A DNA stretch of 20,000 bases from an uncultured virus (IMG/VR IMGVR_UViG_3300025887_000015) (IMGVR_UViG_3300025887_000015:58606-78605), one strand, 5' to 3'; shown: positions 8,752-17,281, counted from the first letter of the stretch. The notes: a model not told the origin generated them from the letters alone. Translations and numbers: made by a program.

Positions 8752-8936
8752 AAGCTTAACTTTAGTTGAAACAAATCCTTTTTGGGACGCTCCACAGGCA
8801 ATAAATTTATATACCTGTGGTGCACACCATATTTTGTTTTACGAGTCTTGCACATAAAGACATCTGCGGTATGTGTATACCGTCTGGTTACTATTCCCAG
8901 TTGTCCATTGATTATACATTTCTGATTTGTCTCCAT
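8748..8936 (-). CDS. Hypothetical protein, possibly leaderless
   Basis: 62 aa; TATCTTTG box (8949-8942) ends 5 nt before the ATG. Confidence 0.65.
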   Translation of the reverse strand: METNQKCIINGQLGIVTRRYTHTADVFMCKTRKTKYGVHHRYINLLPVERPKKDLFQLKLSL

Positions 8937-9375
8937 TTTTACAAAGATAGTTATTTTTTCTGTATCTTAAAAACTTTTTCATATACCAGAGGGTACTGGT
9001 TCTCTCATATCCCCTGGGACCTCCATTCCAGATTCTAACAATATCAAGTGTGCTTGCCTCCCTACCTTCACGCTGTTCTAATTTATCAGTCCAATGATTT
9101 ATATAAAGTTCAAATATTTCTTCAGAACATTTAATATTAAATGCATCATAAACTTTATAACTTGTACCGTATATACGATTCACATCATCGATGGCAATCT
9201 TCCTAATTTGAAGTATTCCAAATGCTGTGGGCGTTTCACCTCTAAAGTCTCCCAGAGCTGCTGGGTTATGTTCTGATTCAACATACTTCAGGACATCTCG
9301 AATGTCTTCTAAAGTTTCTGATTGTGCTGTAAATGATACAGCAAATAATACTAGTAATAAAAATACATTTTTCAT
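8839..9375 (-). CDS. Secreted lysozyme-like / lytic transglycosylase-fold protein
   Basis: Signal peptide MKNVFLLLVLFAVSFTAQS; VES...ALGD...GILQI...RIWNGGP motifs. Confidence 0.75.
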   Translation of the reverse strand: MKNVFLLLVLFAVSFTAQSETLEDIRDVLKYVESEHNPAALGDFRGETPTAFGILQIRKIAIDDVNRIYGTSYKVYDAFNIKCSEEIFELYINHWTDKLEQREGREASTLDIVRIWNGGPRGYERTSTLWYMKKFLRYRKNNYLCKNGDKSEMYNQWTTGNSNQTVYTYRRCLYVQDS

Positions 9376-9404
9376 AATATATAAAATTTAATTAATATTC
9401 TAAT

Positions 9405-9623
9405 TTACCACTCACCCCAAGTATCTAATACCCAAGATATATTTCCTTCCTCCCAATCGGGGTCATCACCATATTCAGCTTCCATATCACCTCTAATTTC
9501 AGTCATCATAGCTTCCATCTCCTTATCTTCAGGTGTATCATTATCAATTTCAATATAGAAGGTTTCAGTATTTTCATACTCACCATCTCTAGATACCCTT
9601 ACTTCACATATAAGCTCTTTCAT
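9405..9623 (-). CDS. Highly acidic small protein
   Basis: MKELICEV... start at 9623 gives an ATAA overlap with the upstream stop; D/E-rich. Confidence 0.75.
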   Translation of the reverse strand: MKELICEVRVSRDGEYENTETFYIEIDNDTPEDKEMEAMMTEIRGDMEAEYGDDPDWEEGNISWVLDTWGEW

Positions 9624-10036
9624 AATTGTATTTTTAAACGGTCTAATAATTCCTGTGGGTTTGTATAGAACAACTGTAAGGCATTTAATGCCGAGATGCA
9701 AACACTACCATCTTCTTCAAACTCATCTATATGCCAATACACGATATGTGTTGGTTCTTGGTCATCTCCATTATCAACATAAATGTTAACACTTTCCTCA
9801 TCAATAGCTAATTTCAAGTTGGCTAACTTATTGCCAATATGCTCTAGAAAATCTCGACAGGTAAATGTATATTCAAATTGTTCAACAGTTTGAACACCAT
9901 CAACGTGGTCAATCATCATAGTATCATTAATCTTAGATTGATTATATATAGCCAACACTTGTTTATGAACAGGAAAATCAGTTTCCTCATCGGATTGAAC
10001 TAAATATTCTTCTGCTTTATCGAAATTTACTTTCAT
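9620..10036 (-). CDS. Acidic hypothetical phage protein
   Basis: Start moved to MKVNF (10036), after the conserved leader. Confidence 0.8.
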   Translation of the reverse strand: MKVNFDKAEEYLVQSDEETDFPVHKQVLAIYNQSKINDTMMIDHVDGVQTVEQFEYTFTCRDFLEHIGNKLANLKLAIDEESVNIYVDNGDDQEPTHIVYWHIDEFEEDGSVCISALNALQLFYTNPQELLDRLKIQL

Positions 10037-10081
10037 AATATTTTGGTTTTTAAACATTGATATTACAAATATAAGAGATTA

Positions 10082-10318
10082 TTATTTAATATCCAAATTA
10101 AATTTAGTTTTTCTTAATGCAATAATAAATCCATGTGTTGCACCAACATAATATTGAACATCATTATCATAAGCTATATTAGTCATCCACTTATGTTTTT
10201 TGGAAAACCTTTCAATATTATCAAATTGTTCTGGCGTTTCGCAACTCCTAGCCCATCTCATAATAGCGATGGCTTCTTTTTCAGCTCTTAAAACTATTTC
10301 AGGTATTTTCTTACTCAT
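10082..10318 (-). CDS. Hypothetical phage protein
   Basis: 78 aa, overlaps upstream stop. Confidence 0.75.
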   Translation of the reverse strand: MSKKIPEIVLRAEKEAIAIMRWARSCETPEQFDNIERFSKKHKWMTNIAYDNDVQYYVGATHGFIIALRKTKFNLDIK

Positions 10319-10436
10319 CTCCTTTATTTTTATGTTTTGGTTTCCTCGTGTATTTCTTCTTGTTCTTGTACACGTTAGGTCTGGTGGCTGCCCAGATTTC
10401 TTGTTGTGTTACTACTATTTTCTTTAACTTAGCCAT
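10311..10436 (-). CDS. 41-aa basic peptide with ArfA-like C-terminal pattern (not in ORF track)
   Basis: MAKLKKIVVTQQEIWAATRPNVYKNKKKYTRKPKHKNKGDE; own promoter and leader. Confidence 0.75.
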   Translation of the reverse strand: MAKLKKIVVTQQEIWAATRPNVYKNKKKYTRKPKHKNKGDE

Positions 10437-10508
10437 TGTCTGTTTGTTTGATACTGTAAATATAAGACTTTATTATTTAACTACCAAATATTTTAACATT
10501 TAAAATGC

Positions 10509-10537
10509 AAAAAGCTGGGAACCACCCCAGCTTTTTT
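10509..10537 (-). terminator. Intrinsic terminator (potentially bidirectional)
   Basis: AAAAAGCTGGG-AACCAC-CCCAGCTTTTT. Confidence 0.85.
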
Positions 10538-10634
10538 AATCAATGTTTAATGGCCTGTAGTAAGTCGGAGGCGGCCAGCTTCCAGTTCCACCGAGGATAA
10601 GGTCCCTCAACCCTATCCCCTATTCAATTGGCCG

Positions 10635-11075
10635 CTAAGCCTCCTGATGTTTCTTAAAATCTTTTATGACATTCATAACATACTCATCAAATTGATATTC
10701 TGAATTCGTCCAGTATACTTCTCCGTTAACAATATAACCCAGAATAATTCCTTCAGCCTCAAAGTCTTCTGATTTATAACCATCAATATGTGCTACGTCA
10801 TTGTCATCTATATGCTCAATCTTTACTTCACAAAATTTTGATATGGGTTTTACCTCTTCAACCTCAAGGTCGTTGAAACTCATTCCAACGGACATACCCT
10901 TGGTTAATACATTACCCGCCAGTATCATATTGGCTAAGTCTAAATTCTTTTGCATTTCCTGTGCAGCAAAGTTCCATGCATCTGTTGGATTGTGGGCTTT
11001 TACTTCACCGTGGTCCCAACTGGTCCATGCAACATTACCGCTGCATGAGTATTTATATGTTTTTAATTTGCTCAT
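10635..11075 (-). CDS. Hypothetical phage protein
   Basis: 146 aa with own leader. Confidence 0.8.
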   Translation of the reverse strand: MSKLKTYKYSCSGNVAWTSWDHGEVKAHNPTDAWNFAAQEMQKNLDLANMILAGNVLTKGMSVGMSFNDLEVEEVKPISKFCEVKIEHIDDNDVAHIDGYKSEDFEAEGIILGYIVNGEVYWTNSEYQFDEYVMNVIKDFKKHQEA

Positions 11076-11148
11076 CTCTTTTGGGTTTTTAATTGTTAAA
11101 CATTGATAGTATCAATATAAGAAATATATTTGACACTACCTAATTTAA

Positions 11149-11349
11149 TTAATATAATTTTTCACTTAATATTTCATAGATATCTTCACCTGAAATTTCA
11201 CCTATAACATCATCTTCTAAAAGTAAGAATGTGATTGCTTCAGCTAATTCAGTCATTGGAGTATCTTCGTCCCAACCGTTACCCATACAAGCACCTTGCT
11301 TGCCTAATTCATTTGCACGTTTGATTATAACTTCTTTAATTCCTTCCAT
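11149..11349 (-). CDS. Small acidic hypothetical protein
   Basis: 66 aa with own promoter. Confidence 0.75.
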   Translation of the reverse strand: MEGIKEVIIKRANELGKQGACMGNGWDEDTPMTELAEAITFLLLEDDVIGEISGEDIYEILSEKLY

Positions 11350-11467
11350 GATATTTGGTTTTAAACATTGTTAGTACAAATATAAGACTTTATATTATAT
11401 AATCCAAATTATAAATGTTAAAATTACAATCAGGGCCAGAATTTTTAACCTGTCCCTGTTGTTTAAT

Positions 11468-11713
11468 TTATCTACTATATTCATCTTCATTAATTTGTTT
11501 TAGTTCTTTCTCTCCATAAGCATGGCTCATATCTTCTGTATTCTCACACCCTACCGACTTAAAGTATGGTGGTTCTCCTTTTGTTTCTTTAAACTTGTAG
11601 TTGTTGATACAGTCTTCGAGATAAAGGAATAAGTCTTCGAGTTCATCATTGGAAACATCTTCTCTTTCTGCAATATCAAATCCCATTTGGAATACTCTTT
11701 TATACTTTGCCAT
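11468..11713 (-). CDS. Hypothetical phage protein
   Basis: 81 aa with own promoter. Confidence 0.8.
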   Translation of the reverse strand: MAKYKRVFQMGFDIAEREDVSNDELEDLFLYLEDCINNYKFKETKGEPPYFKSVGCENTEDMSHAYGEKELKQINEDEYSR

Positions 11714-11754
11714 TATTTTGTGGTTTAAACATTGATACTGTAAAGATACAACAA

Positions 11755-12038
11755 AAAAAGAACTCTACCAAATTAATGATAGAGTTATTTTATTTTATTT
11801 TCTATTATATATAACTTTTAATAACGTTACATGATTTCTAGGTTTTAAGGTTAAACATTATAGTTGTAGAGTTATTGTGTTAAGTACTCGGCTTGGTCAT
11901 GTCAAAATTATCTGTTATCTATGTTATACCGCTTTCAGTTACCTGTCCACGCTTATCATCAGTTTACCAAATTTCAAGTGATGAATACCGCTCCGTTAGT
12001 TTTCCAGTAATCATTCCTACTTCTAACTGCTAATCGTT
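11755..12038 (-). ncRNA. Candidate ~280-nt non-coding transcript
   Basis: Promoter at 12044-12051, terminator hairpin 11761-11786 plus T-run, only very short ORFs between. Confidence 0.45.
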
Positions 12039-12086
12039 GAATACAAATATACAACAATTTATTTTAATATCCAAAATATTTTAACG

Positions 12087-12350
12087 TTAATATGTTTCTA
12101 AGTAAGCCCATTCAACAATAATCCTACCATCATACTTGCCTTCCTCACCTACATAATCAACCCATCTTAACTCAAACTCACCATGAGTTTTATGCTCTAC
12201 AATGTTGGTAGCTCTGTTGACTTCTAAGATGTTTTTAGCTCTTGCTAATGCACCCTTCTTACTGGTGAAGTAACTTGGTGTTAACCAATATCTTCTCTCA
12301 GTCTTATGAAGACTTCCTGACTTTACAATATAAACTTTTTTTCTGGCCAT
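12087..12350 (-). CDS. Hypothetical phage protein
   Basis: 87 aa with own promoter. Confidence 0.8.
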   Translation of the reverse strand: MARKKVYIVKSGSLHKTERRYWLTPSYFTSKKGALARAKNILEVNRATNIVEHKTHGEFELRWVDYVGEEGKYDGRIIVEWAYLETY

Positions 12351-12418
12351 AATTTCTGTTGTTTTGATTACATTACAAATATAACACTTTATTATATAAC
12401 TACCAAATATTTTAACAT

Positions 12419-12736
12419 TTAATCTTGAGAAACATAATCTTCCCAGAAATCATACATGGCAATTGAATCAATACATTCACCGTCTTCCCAGACATCACCA
12501 ACAATACAGCTCTCACCTTCCAGTTTAAATTCAATAAGCTGTTTACCATCATCAATCCTGATATAACTACCTTCAAATGTAATCTCTCTGGCTGTCTTAG
12601 GTATATCATACTCCCTTGCCATTTTCAGGATGCCACTACCTTCTGGTGGTCTTAAATTACACTTGAATAATATCGTACCGTCATTTACGGTTACTTCCCA
12701 ATTGTAATATGCGTGTGTTACTTTACCTAAAATCAT
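12419..12736 (-). CDS. Hypothetical phage protein
   Basis: 105 aa, 4 nt after upstream stop. Confidence 0.75.
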   Translation of the reverse strand: MILGKVTHAYYNWEVTVNDGTILFKCNLRPPEGSGILKMAREYDIPKTAREITFEGSYIRIDDGKQLIEFKLEGESCIVGDVWEDGECIDSIAMYDFWEDYVSQD

Positions 12737-12740
12737 AGTT

Positions 12741-13316
12741 TTATATCTTATAATTGTTAACTAAAAATTTAAATACGTTATGTGAATTTTCCCCATAAAC
12801 CTTACCTGAAAATGGTGGTATCATATATGTCTTACCATCCCATTTTACATGAAAATGACTATTACCAATTGTTGTGGTATCAAATGAACCAATTTCTTGC
12901 TTTGACATATTGGTAGTTTCAACTCCTACCTTACCTAATACTCCAACAACTTCATCAGGTGTGGCTGTATTAGATTTTCTGAAAATTTCATTCATAGCTC
13001 TCTGACGCTTAAGTTGGTCATTGACTTCCTTAGCTGTCATTAGGTGAGCATAATGGAATTCGTAACCATCCATAATATCCAAATGGATTAAAGATAATGG
13101 TCGCATCTGCAATACCATATACTCGGCATAACCATCGGCAACCTGAAATTTTATTATTTCACCCATGTTCTTACCGTTATATCCCATGCTCTTATTATGA
13201 GCCTTAATCTCATTGATATAACGTTGCTCTTCTTCTCTCCAATTATCACGACCTTTGTTCCAATCGTAATCTGGTTTCTTAATACTCTTTGGTGCACTGT
13301 AAATTTTTGCTGACAT
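12741..13316 (-). CDS. Hypothetical phage protein (VADGYAEY motif)
   Basis: Start moved to MSAKIY (13316), downstream of promoter. Confidence 0.8.
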   Translation of the reverse strand: MSAKIYSAPKSIKKPDYDWNKGRDNWREEEQRYINEIKAHNKSMGYNGKNMGEIIKFQVADGYAEYMVLQMRPLSLIHLDIMDGYEFHYAHLMTAKEVNDQLKRQRAMNEIFRKSNTATPDEVVGVLGKVGVETTNMSKQEIGSFDTTTIGNSHFHVKWDGKTYMIPPFSGKVYGENSHNVFKFLVNNYKI

Positions 13317-13375
13317 ATTATTTGGTTTTAAACATTGATGATACAAATATAAGAGATTATTATTTAATATCCTAA

Positions 13376-13612
13376 TTATTGAAAGAAATCTGTTAAGAAA
13401 AATTCTTTACCATTATACTCTTCATGCTTTTGACATATAATACTATACTCATTAAACATATCCATCCATCTTGTAATGGCTACAATGTTAATCTCCAACT
13501 CTCTCTTTGAAAATTGAAAGTTTCCCATCATTGAATTGTAATGTTTCTTTAGCGTAGGAAAATGAATATCAATTACCTTTTGCTCTATCTGTGCCTGTGG
13601 TGTAAAATCCAT
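13376..13612 (-). CDS. Hypothetical phage protein
   Basis: 78 aa. Confidence 0.7.
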   Translation of the reverse strand: MDFTPQAQIEQKVIDIHFPTLKKHYNSMMGNFQFSKRELEINIVAITRWMDMFNEYSIICQKHEEYNGKEFFLTDFFQ

Positions 13613-13614
13613 AG

Positions 13615-13968
13615 TTATCTTGTTTTTGATTTAATATATTTTATTAATTTAACATAATCAATTGTAGTTTTATAATTAATCATCATTACTAATAAACAAC
13701 CTCCAATTAATTTTTCTTTATCAATATATTGCTTTAGTTTATCAGGATAAGATTTTAATACTTCAGAAATTTCGTATATGTTTTTCCATTTCCTAACTAT
13801 TTTACCATCTGATGAAACTTGATATATGATTTTATTACTTTTATCTTTTTTAATATAATTTTTTGTATTATATGTCCTTTCAGAGAATTTTTTATTACTA
13901 CTATTTGATGGATGAAAACCATCATGATATCTTCTACCTTTATTACGCTCACCTGTATGTCGTCCCAT
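13615..13968 (-). CDS. NUMOD1/IENR1-like DNA-binding domain protein
   Basis: KIIYQVSSDGKIVRKWKNIYEISEVL resembles NUMOD1; very AT-rich; no nuclease motif seen. Confidence 0.55.
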   Translation of the reverse strand: MGRHTGERNKGRRYHDGFHPSNSSNKKFSERTYNTKNYIKKDKSNKIIYQVSSDGKIVRKWKNIYEISEVLKSYPDKLKQYIDKEKLIGGCLLVMMINYKTTIDYVKLIKYIKSKTR

Positions 13969-14009
13969 AATGTTACAAATATAATAAATTATTATATAAC
14001 TACCAAATA

Positions 14010-14441
14010 TTATGACTTAAATATTGCCACAACATTCAATACTCTTCTACGGTCTACCTTTCTAGGTGATGTGTCAACCACCGTTTCTCCTTTGCTGTTA
14101 AGCAATAATACATGAGCCGATACATGAACCATATACATCATGTCTGGCGTGTAATCTTCATATGCCGCTATCGCTCTACGTACACTTCCTACAGTCTTCG
14201 TACCCTTCAATAAAGTTGACTTACGACTTCTAACTGCCCACCCAAATCTTCTTAAAATTGCATGGTGATTATTCCCAACTCGCTTGGACCATGTATACTT
14301 ATATTGGTCTGGCTGTATGCCGAAATAAGATAGACAAGCCGATACACATACTCCCTTGAAGTTTCCACCATCTGTTCTAACGTGCTTCGCTAATCGTTGA
14401 ATGGTTTTGTTATCGGCTGTCTTTTGATATACTGTTCTCAT
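14010..14441 (-). CDS. Putative papain/C39-like Cys-His-Asp protein
   Basis: GVCVSACL ... VSAHVLLL ... VVDT spacing. Confidence 0.5.
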   Translation of the reverse strand: MRTVYQKTADNKTIQRLAKHVRTDGGNFKGVCVSACLSYFGIQPDQYKYTWSKRVGNNHHAILRRFGWAVRSRKSTLLKGTKTVGSVRRAIAAYEDYTPDMMYMVHVSAHVLLLNSKGETVVDTSPRKVDRRRVLNVVAIFKS

Positions 14442-14509
14442 GTTGTTTTGATTATCTGATACAAATATAAGGCTTTATTATATAACTACCAAATAATTTA
14501 ACATTTAAT

Positions 14510-14791
14510 TCAAATACACATATCACAATAATCATCACCATCTCTGGTATGGACCACTGGAACCAACACATGACAATCATTGCACATATATAATGAATAA
14601 TCATCAGTATTGCTCTGGGTGCGCTCCTGATAATCAAACTCCAAAAAATTAAAGTCATCTTCCAACTCTGGCATCTCACCATCAGCAACCCTATAAGCAT
14701 TATGCTGTCTAAGCCATAACTCTGGATTATTGGTTATTCCCTCTATTGATGAATCCACATCACCAATGTACTCTATTACATATAATTTCAT
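14510..14791 (-). CDS. Acidic protein with C-terminal zinc ribbon
   Basis: CNDC...CDMC. Confidence 0.75.
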   Translation of the reverse strand: MKLYVIEYIGDVDSSIEGITNNPELWLRQHNAYRVADGEMPELEDDFNFLEFDYQERTQSNTDDYSLYMCNDCHVLVPVVHTRDGDDYCDMCI

Positions 14792-14794
14792 ATC

Positions 14795-14998
14795 TTATCC
14801 TATTTTAATTGTTTCATCAAATCTTTCATAATATCTCTGTACCAAATCTTCATTACATAAATCCTCAATACCACCAACACCACTTCGCATTATAGCATCA
14901 ATGTAGGTATAATCATTCTGAAATATCATCTGGGATATTGTATCAGTCTCATCATTTACTAATTGGTCAATAACTTCTTGTCTACTTAAAATTTCCAT
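14795..14998 (-). CDS. Small acidic hypothetical protein
   Basis: Start moved to MEILSRQ (14998), downstream of promoter 15024-15031. Confidence 0.75.
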   Translation of the reverse strand: MEILSRQEVIDQLVNDETDTISQMIFQNDYTYIDAIMRSGVGGIEDLCNEDLVQRYYERFDETIKIG

Positions 14999-15073
14999 AA
15001 TATATGTTTTAATGTTATGGGTACAAAGATAAAACATATTCCCTGTACCCACAACATACTATAGTTAGCATTT

Positions 15074-15214
15074 TTAAATATTTATAACTATCTCCACACC
15101 ATTAATGCCATCCACTTCAATATTATTAATATCATGGTTATCTTCACCATCCCAGAAAATTAAATCTGCCTCTGGATTATCTTGTAATAATTTTATTATA
15201 TCTTTAGCTTTCAT
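15074..15214 (-). CDS. Small hypothetical protein (46 aa, not in ORF track)
   Basis: MKAKDIIKLLQDNPEADLIFWDGED..., 3 nt after upstream stop. Confidence 0.7.
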   Translation of the reverse strand: MKAKDIIKLLQDNPEADLIFWDGEDNHDINNIEVDGINGVEIVINI

Positions 15215-15217
15215 ATC

Positions 15218-15580
15218 CTACCAACTATAATTACCACCATATGCATAAGCCACCATAACAATACCAGAACCCATATCTTCAACCTTATAATCACAATCAT
15301 CAAAATATTCCTGTCCACTTATAGCACTAAAAACTTCCTCAAAGACTTCCTCAAAGACTTTTACTTCCGTTAGGTCTTTATCCTTAACAGCTTCGGCTAC
15401 CAATCTATGAGCCTCTGATTCATACCCCAACTCTAATGTATCTTCCCTAAAGTAATCCTCATTCTCACTTAAATCACAATCAACAGCTATAATACTATAT
15501 AACTTACTCTCGATGTCTTCCCTGTTTCTTAATTCAAACTTTACTAATCCTAACCCTAATCCTGATTTACAATTTGCCAT
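15218..15580 (-). CDS. Highly acidic hypothetical protein
   Basis: 120 aa, internal VFEE repeat. Confidence 0.8.
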   Translation of the reverse strand: MANCKSGLGLGLVKFELRNREDIESKLYSIIAVDCDLSENEDYFREDTLELGYESEAHRLVAEAVKDKDLTEVKVFEEVFEEVFSAISGQEYFDDCDYKVEDMGSGIVMVAYAYGGNYSW

Positions 15581-15583
15581 AAT

Positions 15584-15958
15584 TTATATCGACTTTTTAA
15601 TTAACTTATTTATTTTAGATAAAATAATTTCATCCCACTTCTCAAGAGTATCTTTATGTGGTTCATGACCTGTTTGAGATTCAAACTCATTTATCATGTA
15701 TTGTTTATACTCATCCATTTCACTATTAATGGTCGTCCACATATCTCCCCACCCTTTTTCTAAAAACTCTTCAGCTAAATTATCCAACCCTGAATTGAAT
15801 AACTCTTCTTTAACTTCATTTATTTCAGCTTTCCTATCCAATAAACTATCATTGGTAATTCCAAAGCAATCATTACAAACAAGTTCTTTACCTGTTTGTC
15901 CATCCCACGTTCTATAATCTTTAACCGTGGCTTCGTTTTCACAATACTTACATTTCAT
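15584..15958 (-). CDS. Protein with N-terminal zinc finger
   Basis: MKCKYC...VCNDC. Confidence 0.8.
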   Translation of the reverse strand: MKCKYCENEATVKDYRTWDGQTGKELVCNDCFGITNDSLLDRKAEINEVKEELFNSGLDNLAEEFLEKGWGDMWTTINSEMDEYKQYMINEFESQTGHEPHKDTLEKWDEIILSKINKLIKKSI

Positions 15959-16139
15959 AATATATTAGGTTTTAATTAAACATTGATGCAAATATACAAC
16001 AATATTATTTATCTCGCAAATTTATTTTCGCCTGTATCCCGCACCACTAGCGGGATAAGCAGCTTTTAGCTTCTCTAGCATGAAAAAAAACCCTGGTAAT
16101 TATTTGGTGGAATGAAATATATTCCTTATCTTTGTTATA

Positions 16140-16195
16140 ACAAAGGGCCTGACCTAACAAATCGGAAGAGTAGACTCCAACCTACCTTTATTTTT
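16140..16195 (+). ncRNA. Repeated small RNA, copy 5 (near-identical to copy 1)
   Basis: Promoter 16127-16134; core 16164-16185; antiparallel to flanking genes. Confidence 0.65.
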
Positions 16196-16217
16196 CCTTA
16201 CTATATTTCAATAAAAA

Positions 16218-16296
16218 AATCCCACCAGAATTAACTGATGGGATTCAAAATGAAAAATTAAAAAAAATGGGGTAAGGCATCCAATCTTACCCCAAT
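16218..16296 (-). terminator. Two hairpins downstream of the DUF932 gene
   Basis: AATCCCACCAG/CTGATGGGATT and TGGGGTAAG/CTTACCCCA, each with an A-run on the + side. Confidence 0.75.
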
Positions 16297-16300
16297 GCTT

Positions 16301-17203
16301 TTATACTAAACTCGATTCAATCGAATCAAAGTAAACTAACTTTTTACTCGCTCTCTCAAACTTCACCTCATTCGATGCTTTTGAACCTGAACTCTCAACT
16401 CTACGTGATAAGTAATTCGTTACCGATGCATATACTGTGTACATGGTTAAATCTAAACCTAACTCTTTGTTATAAGAAATCTCTCTCTCATAAGCCTCTT
16501 TTAACTCACAGTAACGAGCGTATGAAGGCGTTTCTTTTGGTGATGTAACTAACATCTCTCTAAACATATCTAAAGTCATTGGAACCCATCCATCTTCAGT
16601 CTTAACCTTCTTTTGAGATACAGGTAATTCTTGCTCAAAAAACCACTTATTAAGGTGATACATAACTTCAGTATCCTTAAGTGCAACTTCATTGAATATC
16701 TCATCTCTATTCTCTAATTGTGTCATTAAAGATGTGAAACTACCAATCGACTGTTCCATCAATTTAATACTATCATTGTAATTCCATGTATGTGGAATCT
16801 TAATGTAATTGTCTTTGTGTACAGTCTTATTAGATACCATACCATTGGTGCAAATTAAACGTGTCTGCTTAATTGATAAGTAACCCTTACCACCTCCATT
16901 ATTTGGAACTGTGATAATTAACTTATAACTACAATCACCTACCTTTGTACCCTTCTCCCCAAAAGAAATGTTAAGCCCAATAACTTCACCACATCTATGG
17001 TTGAATGTCGTTACCTCATATCCCTTATCAATAAAGGAATGTCCTAATGAACTTAAATCTGTCGCCTTAACAATATGATAAGACCCTTTTGGACAAGCTA
17101 CGTTAATACCACCTAACCCAAACACCTGTCTGAAATTAGAATCAGTACCATCTTGATTCTTTAATGGATTTTCAATGTACTCAAATGGAAATAAATTTTT
17201 CAT
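16301..17203 (-). CDS. DUF932-family phage/plasmid protein
   Basis: RLICTNGM ... IPH motif, C-terminal T.Y.VY..VTNY..H/R-type helix, 300 aa. Confidence 0.75.
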   Translation of the reverse strand: MKNLFPFEYIENPLKNQDGTDSNFRQVFGLGGINVACPKGSYHIVKATDLSSLGHSFIDKGYEVTTFNHRCGEVIGLNISFGEKGTKVGDCSYKLIITVPNNGGGKGYLSIKQTRLICTNGMVSNKTVHKDNYIKIPHTWNYNDSIKLMEQSIGSFTSLMTQLENRDEIFNEVALKDTEVMYHLNKWFFEQELPVSQKKVKTEDGWVPMTLDMFREMLVTSPKETPSYARYCELKEAYEREISYNKELGLDLTMYTVYASVTNYLSRRVESSGSKASNEVKFERASKKLVYFDSIESSLV

Positions 17204-17281
17204 AATATCTGTTGTTTTAATTATTACTGATGCAAATATAAGACTTTATTATATACTGTGCAAATTATTTTATACTTTTTT

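Noticed and set aside
10571..10635. tRNA gene (7-bp GCGGCCA/TGGCCGC stem)
   Set aside because: Only 65 nt, with no T-loop, D-loop or anticodon arm on either strand
11930..11962. Hammerhead ribozyme (CUGAUGA...GAAA on the minus strand)
   Set aside because: The sequence between the two motifs does not form stem II
15333..15360. 12-bp tandem repeat (VFEE-VFEE)
   Set aside because: Short in-frame slippage duplication with no sign of a wider system
2026..15917. Antisense or alternate-frame track ORFs (2026-2217, 5866-6123, 6821-7009, 8817-9038, 9094-9276, 10200-10427, 10801-11106, 12412-12609, 13912-14115, 14452-14700, 15696-15917)
   Set aside because: They overlap better-supported genes or transcription units and lack the promoter and leader signature
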